DNA of 63,842 bases, filler included, from Octopus bimaculoides (GCF_001194135.2; 9 parts of 9 records of this genome joined end to end with filler, not necessarily neighbours in it), one strand, 5' to 3'; positions 47,807 to 61,985 are shown, counted from the first letter of the whole stretch. A program made the numbers and translations. The notes: generated from the sequence alone by a model not told the origin.

Positions 47807-48461
47807 GCTACTACTACTACTGCTGCTACTACTACAAGGAGACTGTTTTTAATATTTAAATGCATCTTGCGATGTGAATCAGTGAAGTACAGAAAGAAAA
47901 TGCGGTATTTATTTGTGTATCCCAAAGTTCTGAGTCCAGATCTCGCACTTCCCATCATTCTGGGGTCGAGGAAATATGGACAAGTTAAATGTCTGAGAGG
48001 TTGAGCAGGGAGATATAAGTGATGGCATACTTATTTAAATATATGATGTGTATTGCCTAAGTAGCAAAACAATACTTTCATGTTTTCTAAACCTTGTGCC
48101 TTGTATAAATGAATATAAAACTTTCCCGTGAATATACGTACGTATGTATGTATGTATGTATGTATGTATGTATGTATGTATGTATGCATGTATGCTTAAG
48201 TATATGTATATATATGTGTGTGTATGTGTGCCATGATTGACCGCTAAATCCACATTTTTTATTTTTATATATATATATATATATNNNNNNNNNNNNNNNN
48301 NNNNNNNNNNNNNNNNNNNNNNNNNNNNTTAATTAATTAANNNNNNNNNNNNNNNNNNNNNNNNNNNNNNNNNNNNNNNNNNNNATGACACATTCTACCA
48401 GTATCCCAAGTTTCAAAGTGTTTCGTTAAGAAAATACTGGTGCCCCCGTTTTGAACAAGAT

Positions 48462-48690
48462 CCCAACTTTCTCTCACTCTTTCTTCCTGTTTCTGTTGTA
48501 CCTGTATTTCAAAGAGCCAGCCTTGTCACACTGTGTCACGCTGAATATCCCCGAGAACTACGTTAAGGGTACACGTGTCTGTGGAGTGCTCAGCCAGTTG
48601 CACGTTAATTTCACGAGTAGGCTGTTCCGTTGATCGGATCAACTGGAACCCTCGACGTCGTAAGCGACGAAGTGCCAACAACAACAATTG
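48462..48690 (+). mobile_element. SINE family A, 3' half with (ACA)n tail
   Basis: CAACTTTCTCTCACTC...GTCACGCTGAATATCCCCGAGAACTACGTTAAGGGTACACG...GTGCCAACAACAACAA. Confidence 0.88.
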
Positions 48691-49217
48691 TCAATGAAGC
48701 CATTACAGCTTGGAATAGCAGTAACAATAATCTAATAATAATGAATACCCCAAGAAAAAAAAACCGTAATGACTATCTCGTCTTTCTCTCCTGTGCAAAG
48801 AATTCAGTATCACCATTAACCAACGTGCTTTTATTTGTTTCTGGCCAGTAGGTTTAATTTGAGGGAAATTTAGTTACTATTTCTAGCGACAACTTTGAGA
48901 CTTCTTGGTAGTCGGTCATCACCACCATCTTGTTTTGGTGACAATCTAATGTCAGCGATGCTGACACATTGCTTCGGCTTCGACTATCATACAATTTACA
49001 AAGGCATGAACAAACATTTTCTTTCTTCCTATCTTTCTTTCTTTCGTTCTTTCTTTCTTTCTTTTGCTGTTGATATACGATAATGGTACTGCTCTTCCAA
49101 ATAACTGATATTTTTGTTACTGTCTTCAAGGCTTAACGCTTCTAATATCAGCTTTGTTGAAATCTTCTGGGTTGAAAAATCACTGTAAATGTTAATCGTA
49201 TAATCATCTTAACATCA

Positions 49218-49374
49218 TCTTCTTCTTCTTCTTCTTCTTCTTCTTCTTCTTCTTCTTCTTCTTCTTCTTCTTCTTCTTCTTCTTCTTCTTCTTCTTCTTC
49301 TTCTTCTTCTTCTTCTTCTTCTTCTTCTTCTTCTTCTTCTTCTTCTTCTTCTTCTTCTTCTTCTTCTTCTTCTT
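49218..49374. repeat. (TCT)n microsatellite, about 157 bp
   Basis: Direct reading; source of the poly-Lys ORF. Confidence 0.98.
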
Positions 49375-50362
49375 GTTATCGTCACTATTGAAATTAGAGT
49401 TGGTTTTGCTTGTGTTTTTCATTGTAAAACACTATTAGTGTTGTCAACAATAGCATTGCTTTATTTATTTATCCGTTTATTTATTACATTTTATGTGGGC
49501 GAACATCTTATGCGGTCGCTCCGTCGGCTAGAAACATCAACCGAATCTTCTTTAAATCACACCCTATTGTATTAAAAGTGGAATACAATGTAGTCCCTGA
49601 TCTATGAAAGGATAAGCTGGCATGGACATCAACAACGACAACAACAATAACTATTATTATTAATGTCGAAGATACTTATTTTTATCCCATTTTATTTATT
49701 TAATCAATTTAAACGTCTATGTGAAGCTGGTATGTCATGACAGACTGAGAAACATATATAATGCTTTTTATATATATGAAGAAACAAAAACAAAAATAAC
49801 TAAAAAGTAAAAGGACGGGTGTGGGGTAAAATCATTTTGTAGCCTCCTTGAACAGGGATATTTTATTTGTGGTTTGTGGATCCTTGAAAATAATTACACC
49901 TCCAGTCATGGTAACCTTTTTAAAGGCCAGTTTTAAAATGTTCACTTAGATTGGTGAGTTTTGTATTGAAATAAACGATGCCATAAGGTTTCCGAATATC
50001 CTTCACATAAACATAAAGGTGATTGCGTTCGACCTGTTCGTGATAGAATATAATTTACAGGTATATAGCTCATTCGAAGCCAACAAAATCATTGTTTGTT
50101 AACCTTGCTTAGATTCTGAGATGCGTTATATGTTGACAGATCTAGTTGAGATGATGGAAGATTGAAGTTCATCTCTTGATTCTTTGCAAAATATTTTTTT
50201 ACTCCCTTAAGTAATTGCGCTTTTACTGGTTGATTTAACTTGTGATAGCTTTGGAATATTGTTTACATAATTTCTTTTCGCATTTTCTCGTTTGCTAATT
50301 CATCTACTTTCCTGTCTCCTTTGATATTTGTAAGGCCAAATATTCAGATTATTGTTACATGC

Positions 50363-50534
50363 AGGCGTCTAAGTCACTCTATCACTTGATGCGAAGTCAA
50401 CCAAGACAATGATATGTCTTTGGATATGTCAGGAGTTGTTTGTGTCCCTGTAGTTCGCAATAGGGCACTTCTCTGAGTTTCTTTAGCCCTTTAGCATTTA
50501 AACCGGCCTTATCCGGCCCAAATATTCCACCTGT
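50363..50534. repeat. 172-bp inverted copy of 52279-52450
   Basis: AGGCGTCTAAGTCACTCTATC...ATTCCACCTGT, apparently identical to the reverse complement of 52279-52450. Confidence 0.9.
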
Positions 50535-51704
50535 AGAGACGATGGTTACCATGAAAAAGGTCAGTTGCAAAATCTTTCTCCCCTTACTTCAACAACTGTT
50601 TCTATCCTGCTGCCTTCAATTTTCCAGATTCTATCATACTGCGATGTCATAACAAATATCTATTGCAATCAGGTATTCAAGGTTATTTTTTCTTTATTTT
50701 TCTTGCTGTTTTATTTGTACACTAGATATGCAATTACATGTATCTTAAATCTAATTGGTGATATTTGAAATATGATTGACTCTAATAAAAAAAAATAAAC
50801 AGCCGAATTAACAAGGGATCCTTTGAAGTTACTCTATCTGATAGAAATAGAAGTCCAGTGTTTAAAGTCTCCTATCCAGCAAAGAAAAGAACAATATTTG
50901 TATCCTTCAAACTATTAACCTATCCCCCTCACTGCCAAGATCCCAAATGTGATAGAAAAAGTTACCAACGCCTGCTTCCACAATTTGAGACCCTCTCTTT
51001 TCTCATCTTCTATCAGTCCAGATTTCGTAGAACCAAATCATATAAACGGCACCGTTCATATCAGTCGCCGCTTACTCTTGAGAAATTCAGCGCGTTAACC
51101 CAGCCATGACAACACGTAATTAAAACTCCACAGAATCATTACAAATGCTAGACTTCTCAACCACTAATGACCTCTCCTGACGATCTCACATCCATAACTC
51201 AACAAAAGCTGCATTGTTAAGGGTACCCCTACTCTTTAAAAACAAAAAATATTTTAGTCCTGAACAACAATTGACTTTCAACACAACTCACAATAGACCC
51301 GCACAAAAATAACTTTTCCCACATCTGAGGCAACGCTGCTGCTCGACAGATAATTATTCAAACCTGCATCTAAAAGTAAGCCACACGACCGATGTGCAAG
51401 GAACCACTGGCCAACGTACTACAGCCTCTAACACAGTGCTGTTTCCTCACTCTGTCATTTTTACCATTTCTACAACCTCTGCTCCTTAGATTTAACTTTT
51501 TAACTACCTCCTTCACTAAACTCACATGCACACTCTATCCATTTTATGTCTCATTTTCCGGGAACATTACTGACCATTAAACCCCATCCTTCTTCTCAAG
51601 AATGTTCGCTCTCTAAAATTCCTATTTTCATATTTTCCTGTAGATGTCAACTTCCAACAGTTCGAGCCAAACATTAACCGTATATCAATATTACGAGGAC
51701 CCAA

Positions 51705-51922
51705 GGTGACCAGCTGGCTGAATCGTTACCGCACCGGGAAAAATGCTTAGCGGCATTTAGTCCGTCTTTATGTCTCGAGTTTAAATTCAACCGAGGTCGA
51801 CGTTGCCTTTCATTCTTTCGAGGTCGAAAAATAAGTACCAATTGAGCACTGGGGTCGATATAATCGACTTCCCATCTCCCCTGGATTTGCTAGCCTTTTG
51901 CCAAAATTTGAAATCAGTATTA
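51705..51922 (+). mobile_element. SINE family D
   Basis: GGTGACCAGCTGGCTGAATCG...GAGGTCGAC.TTGCCTTTCATTCTTTCGAGGTCGA..AATAAGTACCA. Confidence 0.8.
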
Positions 51923-52057
51923 CGAGAACCTACGAAGGTCATGGGCACAATTTTTACCTCCCGACTAAAATCATAAAAAAAACAAGCCGTGTGTCCGTGT
52001 AGAGGATCTTTCATTGACCTGTGTTATTGCTGCTGCTGCAGTTGTTGTTGTTGTTGT

Positions 52058-52088
<31 letters not shown>

Positions 52089-52173
52089 TGTTTGTTTTGT
52101 TATTGTAGTAGTTTAAATGTTTCACTGTCAAATCCGTCACTTTCTCATCCCACTTTAGATCTGTCAACATCTC

Positions 52174-52744
52174 TGTATTACCTCATAGCTTTGGGAATTT
52201 GATGATGTAACAACTTAATTTTAGAATGACATTGTAGGGTGGGTGTGAGAGGCCTGATCTGGCCGGTTTGAACTTAAAACAGGTGGAATATTTGGGCCGG
52301 ATAAGGCCGGTTTAAATGCTAAAGGGCTAAAGAAACTCAGAGAAGTGCCCTATTGCGAACTACAGGGACACAAACAACTCCTGACATATCCAAAGACATA
52401 TCATTGTCTTGGTTGACTTCGCATCAAGTGATAGAGTGACTTAGACGCCTTCATTCTCCTCTCCGATTCGACAATCAGTCACTCTATCACTTGATGCGAA
52501 GTCAACCAAGACAATGATATGTCTTTGGATATGTCAGGAGTTGTTTGTGTCCCTGTAGTTTGCAATAGGGCACTTCTCTGAGTTTCTTTAGCCCTTTAGC
52601 ATTTAAACCGGCCTTATCCGGCCCAAATATTCCACCTGTTTTAAGTTCAAACCGGCCAGATCAGGCCTCTCACACCCACCCTACAATGTCATTCTAAAAT
52701 TAAGTTGTTACATCGTCAAATTCCCAAAGCTATGAGGTAATACA
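52174..52744. repeat. 571-bp near-perfect palindrome (268-bp arms, 35-bp spacer)
   Basis: Arms 52174-52441 and 52477-52744 are reverse complements with two mismatches seen. Confidence 0.93.
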
Positions 52745-52811
52745 TGATTAATTCAAAACAATGTGAATAAATAAGCAATACATTTGATAATGTAATCGAA
52801 AAGCTAAAGGG
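52592..52811. mobile_element. piggyBac-like MITE
   Basis: TTAG|CCCTTTAGC ... GCTAAAGGG|TTAG (TIR plus 4-bp TTAG duplication); a related end lies at about 28495-28563. Confidence 0.65.
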
Positions 52812-53809
52812 TTAGTAAGTTGTGATGTTGATGCAGTTAACCCTGCTGCTGCTATTGTTAATAATGATACGGCCACTGCTTAATTTGTCTTTCTTGCTGT
52901 TGGGGGTGATGCTAAGGTTGCTGTTGCGGCAGAACCGATGTCGGCAAAAAAGTTTACGAGCAGCTTATGCTATGATAATTGTAACACCCAGGTTTTCCAC
53001 CCTCTTCAGCTACATGAAACTGTTCTCTCAAATCAGATGTGAACTTAGATTTTATCCACGTTTACAGAGCGTTGATCTTGTTTAGCCCCAGGTCAGTCCT
53101 ATTCGAGTATTCCAGTTATAACTAGTTTGTCTTTCCTTATATGTGACGAACCCTGAACCACAATCTCCAACGTATTCATTTTAAAGCCTCTGATGAAAGG
53201 CATTTCAGCATTGAACATCCATTCTTTTTTAAATACAAACGTGTGAGATCTGTGGAATAGAAACACTTCGCCCACTCCACTGAAACTGATCCAGGTACTA
53301 ACTGCAGAGAAGAAGAAACAAACTCCTCAGAGGGAGGGACAACTGACGATGATTGATTGTAACCCAAATATTTATTGAATGTTATTGTTTGGAATTCATG
53401 CTGGGAAAACAAAGAACAAGCTCTTACATGTAAGAATTTAGGTCACAAAACCATTACTCATCCGAGAAAATTTGACAGTCTTATACAGGAAATCAAAAAC
53501 TGTGAATATTGAAATTATGGGAATATTTGAAACTAGAAAAATAGATGATGACAAAATTGGAAGTGAAATCAGTGTTGTATTCTAGTGAACAGTGGGTATA
53601 AAATAAGGAATGAGAATTACAATGATTTTTTAATTGGGCACAAGGCCAGCAATTTTGAGGGAAGGGGATTAGACTGGCCTTTTGTTGTATCGAATGGAAG
53701 GCAAAGTTGGCCTTTGCAGGATATGAACTCAGAGTATCAGGAAACAAACACTTATTTGCCCGACGCTCTTATTCTGCAGTTCGCCGACTCAAGACTAAGA
53801 ATCTTGATG

Positions 53810-53995
53810 GTTTTAAATATTAGCAAAAAATCCAGCAATTTTAGCGGTGGGGGTAAGTCGATCACATTGACTCCAGTATTCAACTGGTACTTATTTCATC
53901 GATCTCGACAAGATGAAAGACAAAGTCGGCCTCGGTGGTATTTCAACTCAGAATGTAAAGATGAAATATCGCTAAGTATTTTGCCAGCTCTCCAA
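53810..53995 (-). mobile_element. SINE family D (a more decayed copy lies at about 53630-53770)
   Basis: CAACTGGTACTTATTTCATCGATCTCG..AAGATGAAAGACAAAGTCGGCCTCGG. Confidence 0.75.
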
Positions 53996-54339
53996 CTTAG
54001 TAGTACAAATCATAATGAAACACAATAACAAGATAATTAATTAGATAGTGAATAATTTTTGACAGAATGGTAGTGATAAAACTGCAAGAAAAAAGACCAA
54101 AAAAAGCAAAGTGTATTAAATGCATCAACGCTAAAGAAACCACAATAAGAGATTTCAAATTAAACGTCAGCAGAGAAGAAAACAACCACCAGTAATATAA
54201 TTTATGTTTGTTTTGATTAAGTGAGCGAAGTGAAAGAGGGGATTGACTGGATCGTTGTTGGCAAAGAAACAAGTTAATAGTCTGTTTCAACAAACACTAA
54301 GAAAATTACAGATCATGAAAGAATTTAAATGATATAACA

Positions 54340-54745
54340 AGGTGAGGTTGTGTAGTAAGAAGAATGTTTCCCAACCACATCATTCTGGTTTCAGTCCCAC
54401 TGCGCGGCACTTCGAGCAAGTGTCTTTAACTAAAGCTCCGGGTCGACCAAAACCTTGTAAGTGAATTTGGGAGACGGAAACTGAAAAAAGCCCATCGTGT
54501 GTGCGCGTGTGCGTGCGTGTGCGTGTGCGTGTGTGTGTCTTTGTGTTTGTCATCCACCACCGCTTGACAACCGGTGTTGGTTTCATTACGCCCCCTAACA
54601 TCGCAGTTCGGCAAAAGAAACAGATAGAATAAGTAACAGGCTTAGAAAAAAAATGACTTGAGTCGATTCATTCGACTAAAATCCTTCAAGGCAGTGCCCC
54701 AGTATTGCCCCAGCATAGCCAATAAATGAAGCAAGTAAAAGATTT
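54340..54745 (+). mobile_element. SINE family B
   Basis: GTGTAGTAAGAAG...TTCAGTCCCACTGCGCGGCAC...GGAAACTGAAAAAAGCCCATCG. Confidence 0.85.
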
Positions 54746-55159
54746 TAAAAATCTATATGCTGATAAAAGTAAATGTTTAGAAACTGTATGAAACTTGAAA
54801 AAACATATTTGGGAGAAGATATCAATTTACACCTTAATCTAGTAGTAATTAAATTACGAATCAAACTTAAGAAAATTAATATAGCCAAAAGATGAGAACA
54901 ATTAAAGTTAAACCTGTTAAAACTGATAGATTACAAACAGAAATATGATGGGAAAATACGAAACAAGTATGAATATTTACACAACGAAGAAATACAAGAA
55001 TCATATAGTAAAGAACGAATTAACATTTGCATGCAAACAACACAAAGGAAAACACTACTTGAAATGGAAAAAGAAGTTAAGAAAACTTGAAATGTTATCA
55101 AATATGGAAGTAGGAAATACAAGAATACAAATCAAGATATAATAATAATATTTTTTTTC

Positions 55160-55283
55160 TACTGGAAGCGCAAGGCCTCAAATTTGGGGGAAGGGATTAA
55201 GTCGAATACATCGACTCCAGCATGTGACTGGTACTTATTTAATCGACCCCCAAAAGGATAAAAGGCAAAGTCGACCTCGGCGG
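55160..55283 (-). mobile_element. SINE family D, 3' part only
   Basis: Stops at GTCGACCTCGGCGG, directly against the (AAT)n array. Confidence 0.75.
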
Positions 55284-55286
55284 TAC

Positions 55287-55329
<43 letters not shown>

Positions 55330-55331
<2 letters not shown>

Positions 55332-55597
55332 TGTCCCAGTTGTCATCGGTGCATTGGGTTCAATACCACCCAACCTGAAGAAATATCTGGAAACTTTAGA
55401 AATAGCCTACAGTCTAGGTGTATTGCAAAAAATCGGCCTTACTTGGAACTGCACGCATATTGCGTAAAGTACTGTCTCTCTGAAGTCCCTGTTGTGACTT
55501 GGCAGACAGTACAACTCCCCGGTAGACACAATATCTTCAGCCAACAACATCACGATATTGGATACTGTGCGACGTCTTAAATAATAATAATAATAAT
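55330..55597 (+). mobile_element. 5'-truncated Dong/R4 LINE in (TAA)n
   Basis: IVPVVIGALGSIPPNLKKYLETLEI...LQK[+1]SALLGTARILRKVLSL* (stop 55481-55483), UTR, (ATA)n tail 55580-55597; preceded by (AAT)n 55287-55330. Confidence 0.88.
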
Positions 55598-56210
<613 letters not shown>

Positions 56211-56640
56211 ATACTACATAAAGAGACATTTTCTGAATACAGAAGAAATAAAAAATAAAATGGTTGAATGAGTATATTGCTGAAAGACAAATGGCTGGAT
56301 GAGGAAATGGTTGGGTGAGCATATGACCGGAGACAAAAATTAATGAGTTCACAAATAATAAATGCATGAGAAAATAAAGTGGTAATATTAAGAAGAAAAA
56401 TGGAAACATAGTTTGATGATGAGTGGATAACAGCTAGCTATAAGTTGCTGATAGAAACAAAATTTTTCAGGAAGTAGAGAAAGGCAATAAAAACATTTTG
56501 CTAAAGTAACTGAGGCAGATGAAATACTAGCGTTAGCATTAAATGCTTTTGACAACCGTCAACCTCGATCTGTTGGGGACTCGTGTAATGTTTTAATGGG
56601 AGTGGAAATAGGATAACCAAGATATAACATCTTTGTTCCT

Positions 56641-57044
56641 TTACTCTTTTACTTGTTTCAAGTCATTTGACTGCGGCCGTGCTGGAGCACCGCCTTTAGT
56701 CGAGCAAATCGACTCCAGGACTTATTCTTTGTAAGCCTAGTACTTATTCTATCGGTCTCTTTTGCCGAACCGCTAAGTTACGGGGACGTAAACACATCAG
56801 CATCGGTTGTCAAGCGATGTTGGGGGACAAACGCAGACACACGAACCTATACACACACATACACATATATTATATACATATATACGACGAGCTTCTTTCA
56901 GTTTCCGTCTACCAAATCCACTCACAAGGCTTTGGTTGGCCCGAGGCTATAGTAGACACTTGCCCAAGGTGCCACGCAGTGGGACTGAACCCGGAACCAT
57001 GTAGTTGGTAAGCAAGCTACTTACAACATAGCCACTCCTGCGCC
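56641..57044 (-). mobile_element. SINE family B, full length and little diverged
   Basis: Head GGCGCAGGAGTGGCT...GGTTCAGTCCCACTGCGTGGCACC to tail AAGTAAAAGAGTAA. Confidence 0.92.
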
Positions 57045-57169
57045 TCCTTTAGCAACAAAACTAAAATTGAAGACTGCAAAGTAGCTTTAGACTCCCCATA
57101 TTACATATGTTAGGTCCTACTATATCTGTATTTGATTCCATCTTTCATATTAATTTTTTATGTTTTAAT

Positions 57170-57567
57170 TGTGTCAGTCATTAGACTGTGGCCATGCGGG
57201 GGCACCGCCTTGAAGAATTTTCAGTCGAATGAATCGACTCTAGTACTTGTTTTATTTAAAATATGTTTTAAAGTTTGGTACTTATTCTATCGGTTATTTT
57301 TGCTGAACCACTAAGTTATAGGTCGTAAACACACCAACACCGATTACCAAGCGATGGGTGGGGTGGGGGACAAATACAGATATAAAGACACAAACACACA
57401 CACTCACACACACATACACATATAGGCTTCTTTCAGTTTCTGTCCGCCAAATCCTCTCATAACGCCCGAAGTTATAGTAGATGACACTTCCCCAAGCATC
57501 ACGCAGTGAGACTGAACCCGGAACCATGTGGCTGGGAAGTTTCTTATGACATAGTCATGCCTGCACC
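57170..57567 (-). mobile_element. SINE family B (diverged), tandem to the previous copy
   Basis: Same head, body and tail order. Confidence 0.82.
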
Positions 57568-58688
57568 TAAAATGTTTAAGAAAAAACTTAGGAAGCAGCC
57601 AGGTTAATTGATTTCATTTATTTAATTATTTATTTTAACCTGTCTTTAAAGTTATTTCAATAACATTATTTTAACAACAAAAAAACATTGGAAGTTGGGT
57701 AAATACATATGACTACATTGAGTGAGCTTTGCCTGCTATGAGCGACAATATCCAGGCTCCACGGTTCTCTATCGAAGACAGATTGAAACTAAAGTCGAAA
57801 AACCGAAATTGTATTGGCGACAAGGGGAACAATTAGGGCTTCTAAAGGAAATTTGACAAAACGAAACAAAACTACTTTCGGGCCACGTGATGAGGCAGAA
57901 TTATCTACTCAAAATTCGAGATTGTTGACTTTTTTCGTCATTTTTTATTTTATTTATTATTTTAGAGGAGAACTCAGTGGATTGTCGCGGGCATCTCCAT
58001 GGCTTTCTGTACACCGAACCCTATCCCGATGAACCAGCTGAGTCCTTGCCTCTCATAAGTCCAGAGGAGTATTATTACATGTGATGCGAAATAATTACTG
58101 TTAGATATAAAGTCTTTACCACAACGTCCGTCGCGCAGATTAACAAGTGATGCATTCAGACCTCAGGTAGAGGGGTCCGTTCGAAAAATATATTGCAGTG
58201 GCCACCAAATACCGATACAGCCAGTAATAAACCTGCGATTTATTCTCAGAGAAGTGAGGTAGGAGCACAATAAATGCGTGTCCCAAGTCCCCGAACTGGG
58301 TCCAAGACGAAGCAACTGTTAGTAATTGAGAATAAGGAAATTGTAATAACGGTTGTTTCTGACATGAGAGGACTCAACACCCTCGACTCTTCCAGAAAAA
58401 GTGGCTGGAGAAAATGAATTGATGGATGGAAATATAAATTTACAATTTATACACTTGTAACACAAGTTTTTTTAATGTATATATCAAAGCAGAAGAATTG
58501 ACATTTAAACATTTAGTTTCAAGTAGAACTTAAACTTCTGGGAGCAGTTTCAACTCAACAAAGCTTAAATATAATCTTTATTAAAATTAAATGTTATATT
58601 TGCGGTAAAAATTAATTCATGCACATTATATCATAATTCTAAACGTGTGTGCATGTGTGTGTGTGTGTGTAAGTGTGCGCGCGCGCGC

Positions 58689-58725
<37 letters not shown>

Positions 58726-59145
58726 ACGTGCATGCGTGTGAAAGAGAGAGTGGGAGATTATTTAGTTGCTGATACAAAGGACAATATAGTCTGTCTGATC
58801 ATGGAGCAAACAACCACAGTCAAGTTTACTTCGAGCCAACGTAGAAAGACCTCAGCAAGGTCACTCGAAATTGCAGCAACGACATACCAAACAGAAAATC
58901 CTAACACAGAATGAAGCTGTTTTTCCTTATCTGCTACTCATGGAATACGTCTGTTGCTCCAACTTAGTATTTGATAAAGTGTGTGTACTAGCCTCTTTGT
59001 CATTACGTCATACATTTCATTGCATACATCATTTTCAGATAACAGCGAAAATATTTTTCATTCTTTAGCTAGTTTATCATAAATATTAAACCTTAACCAC
59101 TGAAACCTAATCTTATCATTTAAATCAATAAACTTGCATGTTCAG

Positions 59146-59271
59146 AATGCCATGCATAAGGAAACGGAGGAGGGGTGGAATAGAAGCAGACGACGCAACG
59201 CGGAGATAAAGAGTAAATATAGCAAAGCGGATTTTATGTGTCGAAAACCTTTGCAAACGGTGTACAGAAAA
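59146..59271 (+). CDS. Weak candidate symmetric exon (NAMHKETEEGWNRSRRRNAEIKSKYSKADFMCRKPLQTVYRK)
   Basis: TTCAG|126 nt|GTAAGC; only the phase-0 frame is open; unique sequence. No homolog recognised. Confidence 0.22.
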
Positions 59272-59870
59272 GTAAGCAAATATTAATACAAGTATTGTTA
59301 TGAATATCCAGATCACCAGAGAGTAATACGGGGAACACAGAAAAAGTCAATTATATTTTTGAATGTGTGTTTGAGTAACTGCATTTTTTTAGTCGAACTG
59401 TCAAAAATACAGTAGCTGAGTTAATGTTAACATATTCAATGTAGTGATCACCAGAAATCTAATTAGAAGTTATTTACTCTTCCGTAAGTATGGGAGGCAA
59501 CTCAGCACATGTCTCAGCCCTCTTAGACCTCCTCAACGAAGCATAAACTTCACTGCACAAGTCGAGGTAATGAAAGAACCACGAGATTGACCCGCAATAA
59601 TGTAAACAAGTCTAAATTACAGATGTGTCAGCAACGCATGTTGGTCCACAGACTAAGCTGTGACTGAAAAAAGTTATTAAATCCAGAGAGGAAATAAAAT
59701 TTTAATTTTGATTTACATTATTGGCAAATCTTAGATATTCAAGTTGTATGAAACATTCATATGGACGTAAAATAAATACTCATTGCATGACAAATATATT
59801 GGATTGACTTTATAAAATCTTATGTAATGTTAACTCTCTCTCTCCCTTTCTCTCACTCTCTTTCCCTCTC

Positions 59871-59927
<57 letters not shown>

Positions 59928-60147
59928 NNNNNNNNNNNNNNNNNNNNNNNNNNNNNNNNNNNNNNNNNNNNTTAATTAATTAANNNNNNNNNNNNNNNNN
60001 NNNNNNNNNNNNNNNNNNNNNNNNNNNTGGGATTTGAATAATTCACCTCTGGAAATCTGGATACATAGGAGTTTCGTTCAACATCCTGCAGTGAAAGCAC
60101 GTGATAAAAATAAGATTAATGGATAATAACAACAACAACAACAACAA

Positions 60148-60190
<43 letters not shown>

Positions 60191-61255
60191 AATAATAATA
60201 ATAATAATAATGTCATTAGAACTTAAAAACTACGAGAGAATGAGAAGTATTTCATTTATAATCATAGAACTCAAGCAAATACAGTATTTAAATATTGGGT
60301 CAAAATAATTTTAATGGCCATATTGATGACAATACTGGTAGTGGCTTCTGAATTTGGTACATGTCCATATATTTTCAGTCAAGCAAATCGCCCCAGTAGT
60401 TGATTGGTTCTCTATTTTAACGACTCTGGATGGAGGAAAGACTAAATTATGAAATGATTATTATTGACTGGAAGCAACGCTAGTGATCAGAAAGATGACA
60501 TTCAAAGTATCAGAATGAAAAGTATAATGGGGAAAAGCTTAGCTATAAATAATACATCTGTATTGTGTGCCCTAACAATAAAGAAGCAACATGTATAAAA
60601 TGGACAATCGGCTGGGACTAAGGGAAGACAAATAAATATTTAAATATACATGATAATTATATGTGTAAGTTATTATAGAAGTTACACATATAATTATCAT
60701 GATAAAGATAAACTTGTTATACAAGTTCATCTTCATCTCTTATGCATAAAACCTGCATACAAACATGGATTCATCTAAATATGTGTGTACGCATAGTTAA
60801 GAATAAGTGTTTTTAAATACATACAAGCAACAATTATTAGCTGCATAAAGTAATCAATATATGACTAACGTCAAAAATCTATTATAACTTTGATGACAGG
60901 AACTTCATACATACATACATACATACATACATACATACATACATACACACACACATACATACATACATACATACATACATACATACATACATACATACAT
61001 ACATGTGTAAAAGTTTGTAAAACTTTCCAGAAGCTTATCATTTAAGAATAAATGCGCATGTCTTGATATGCAACTATATGCATGAGAATACATACAAATC
61101 TGTACATGTACTGACTCCAAATATTGCCCATATACACACACGCATGCAAAAATACCCTGTTGATGTTGAAATTCCTGTGAAGAAGCTTTGAATCTAGTTT
61201 AGGATCCAACTCTTTCTCTATTGGCAAAATACCTTGAAATAAAACTGAATAATCT

Positions 61256-61380
61256 TTTCTACTCTGGGCACAAGGCCCGAATTTGTGGGGAGGGGCTAGT
61301 CGATTAGATCGACCCCAGTACTCAACTGGTACTTAATTTATCGACCCCGAAAGGATGAAAGGCAAAGTCGACCTCGGCAG
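61256..61380 (-). mobile_element. SINE family D, 3' part only
   Basis: GGCACAAGGCCCG...GATGAAAGGCAAAGTCGACCTCGGCAG, then unrelated sequence. Confidence 0.8.
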
Positions 61381-61606
61381 AAGAGAAAGAGGGGACATTA
61401 CAAAAGACAGATAATGCAAAACGTGGGGTACATAAAACGAATGATGAAATACGAAATGAAATTATAAACAAATAAAAAGATGCAATGGCTTACGAGCCCC
61501 CCCCCCNNNNNNNNNNNNNNNNNNNNNNNNNNNNNNNNNNNNNNNNNNNNTTAATTAATTAANNNNNNNNNNNNNNNNNNNNNNNNNNNNNNNNNNNNNN
61601 NNNNNN

Positions 61607-61731
61607 CACCTGATGAAGGCTGGAGGGTATATTAGCCGAATCGTTGTGTTAACAACAAACAAGATGAGGAAAAATATCCTTCAAATGTAAATAATGTACA
61701 TTATTCCTCATCTCTTAAATATAGAACTGTA
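61607..61731 (+). ncRNA. Hammerhead motif family 1 (61607-61650) plus element tail
   Basis: CAC CUGAUGA A GGCU GGAGGGUAUAUU AGCC GAAUC GUU GUGUU; one core mismatch (GAAU). The 5' side is lost in a gap. Confidence 0.75.
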
Positions 61732-61740
61732 ATATATATT

Positions 61741-61795
61741 ACTCTTTTACTCTTTTACTCTTTTACTTGGGGGACGAACACAGACACACAAACAT

Positions 61796-61828
<33 letters not shown>

Positions 61829-61985
61829 CATACGACGGGCTTTTTTCAGTTTCCTTCTACCAAATCCATTCACAAGGCTTTGGTCGGCCCGTGGCTATAG
61901 TAGAAGACACTTGCCCAAGATGCCACGCAGTGGGACTGAACTCGGAACCATGCGGTTCGTAAGCAAGCTACTTACCATACAGCCA
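61741..61985 (-). mobile_element. SINE family B with internal deletion
   Basis: Tail ACTCTTTTACTCTTTTAC joined directly to the GGGGACGAACAC part; head region at 61900-61985. Confidence 0.82.

Noticed and set aside
50800-51600. Possible very old LINE RT remnant
   Set aside because: No diagnostic motif could be read with confidence.
53185-53225. CTGATGA at 53190
   Set aside because: Stem II and stem I do not pair and GAAA is absent.
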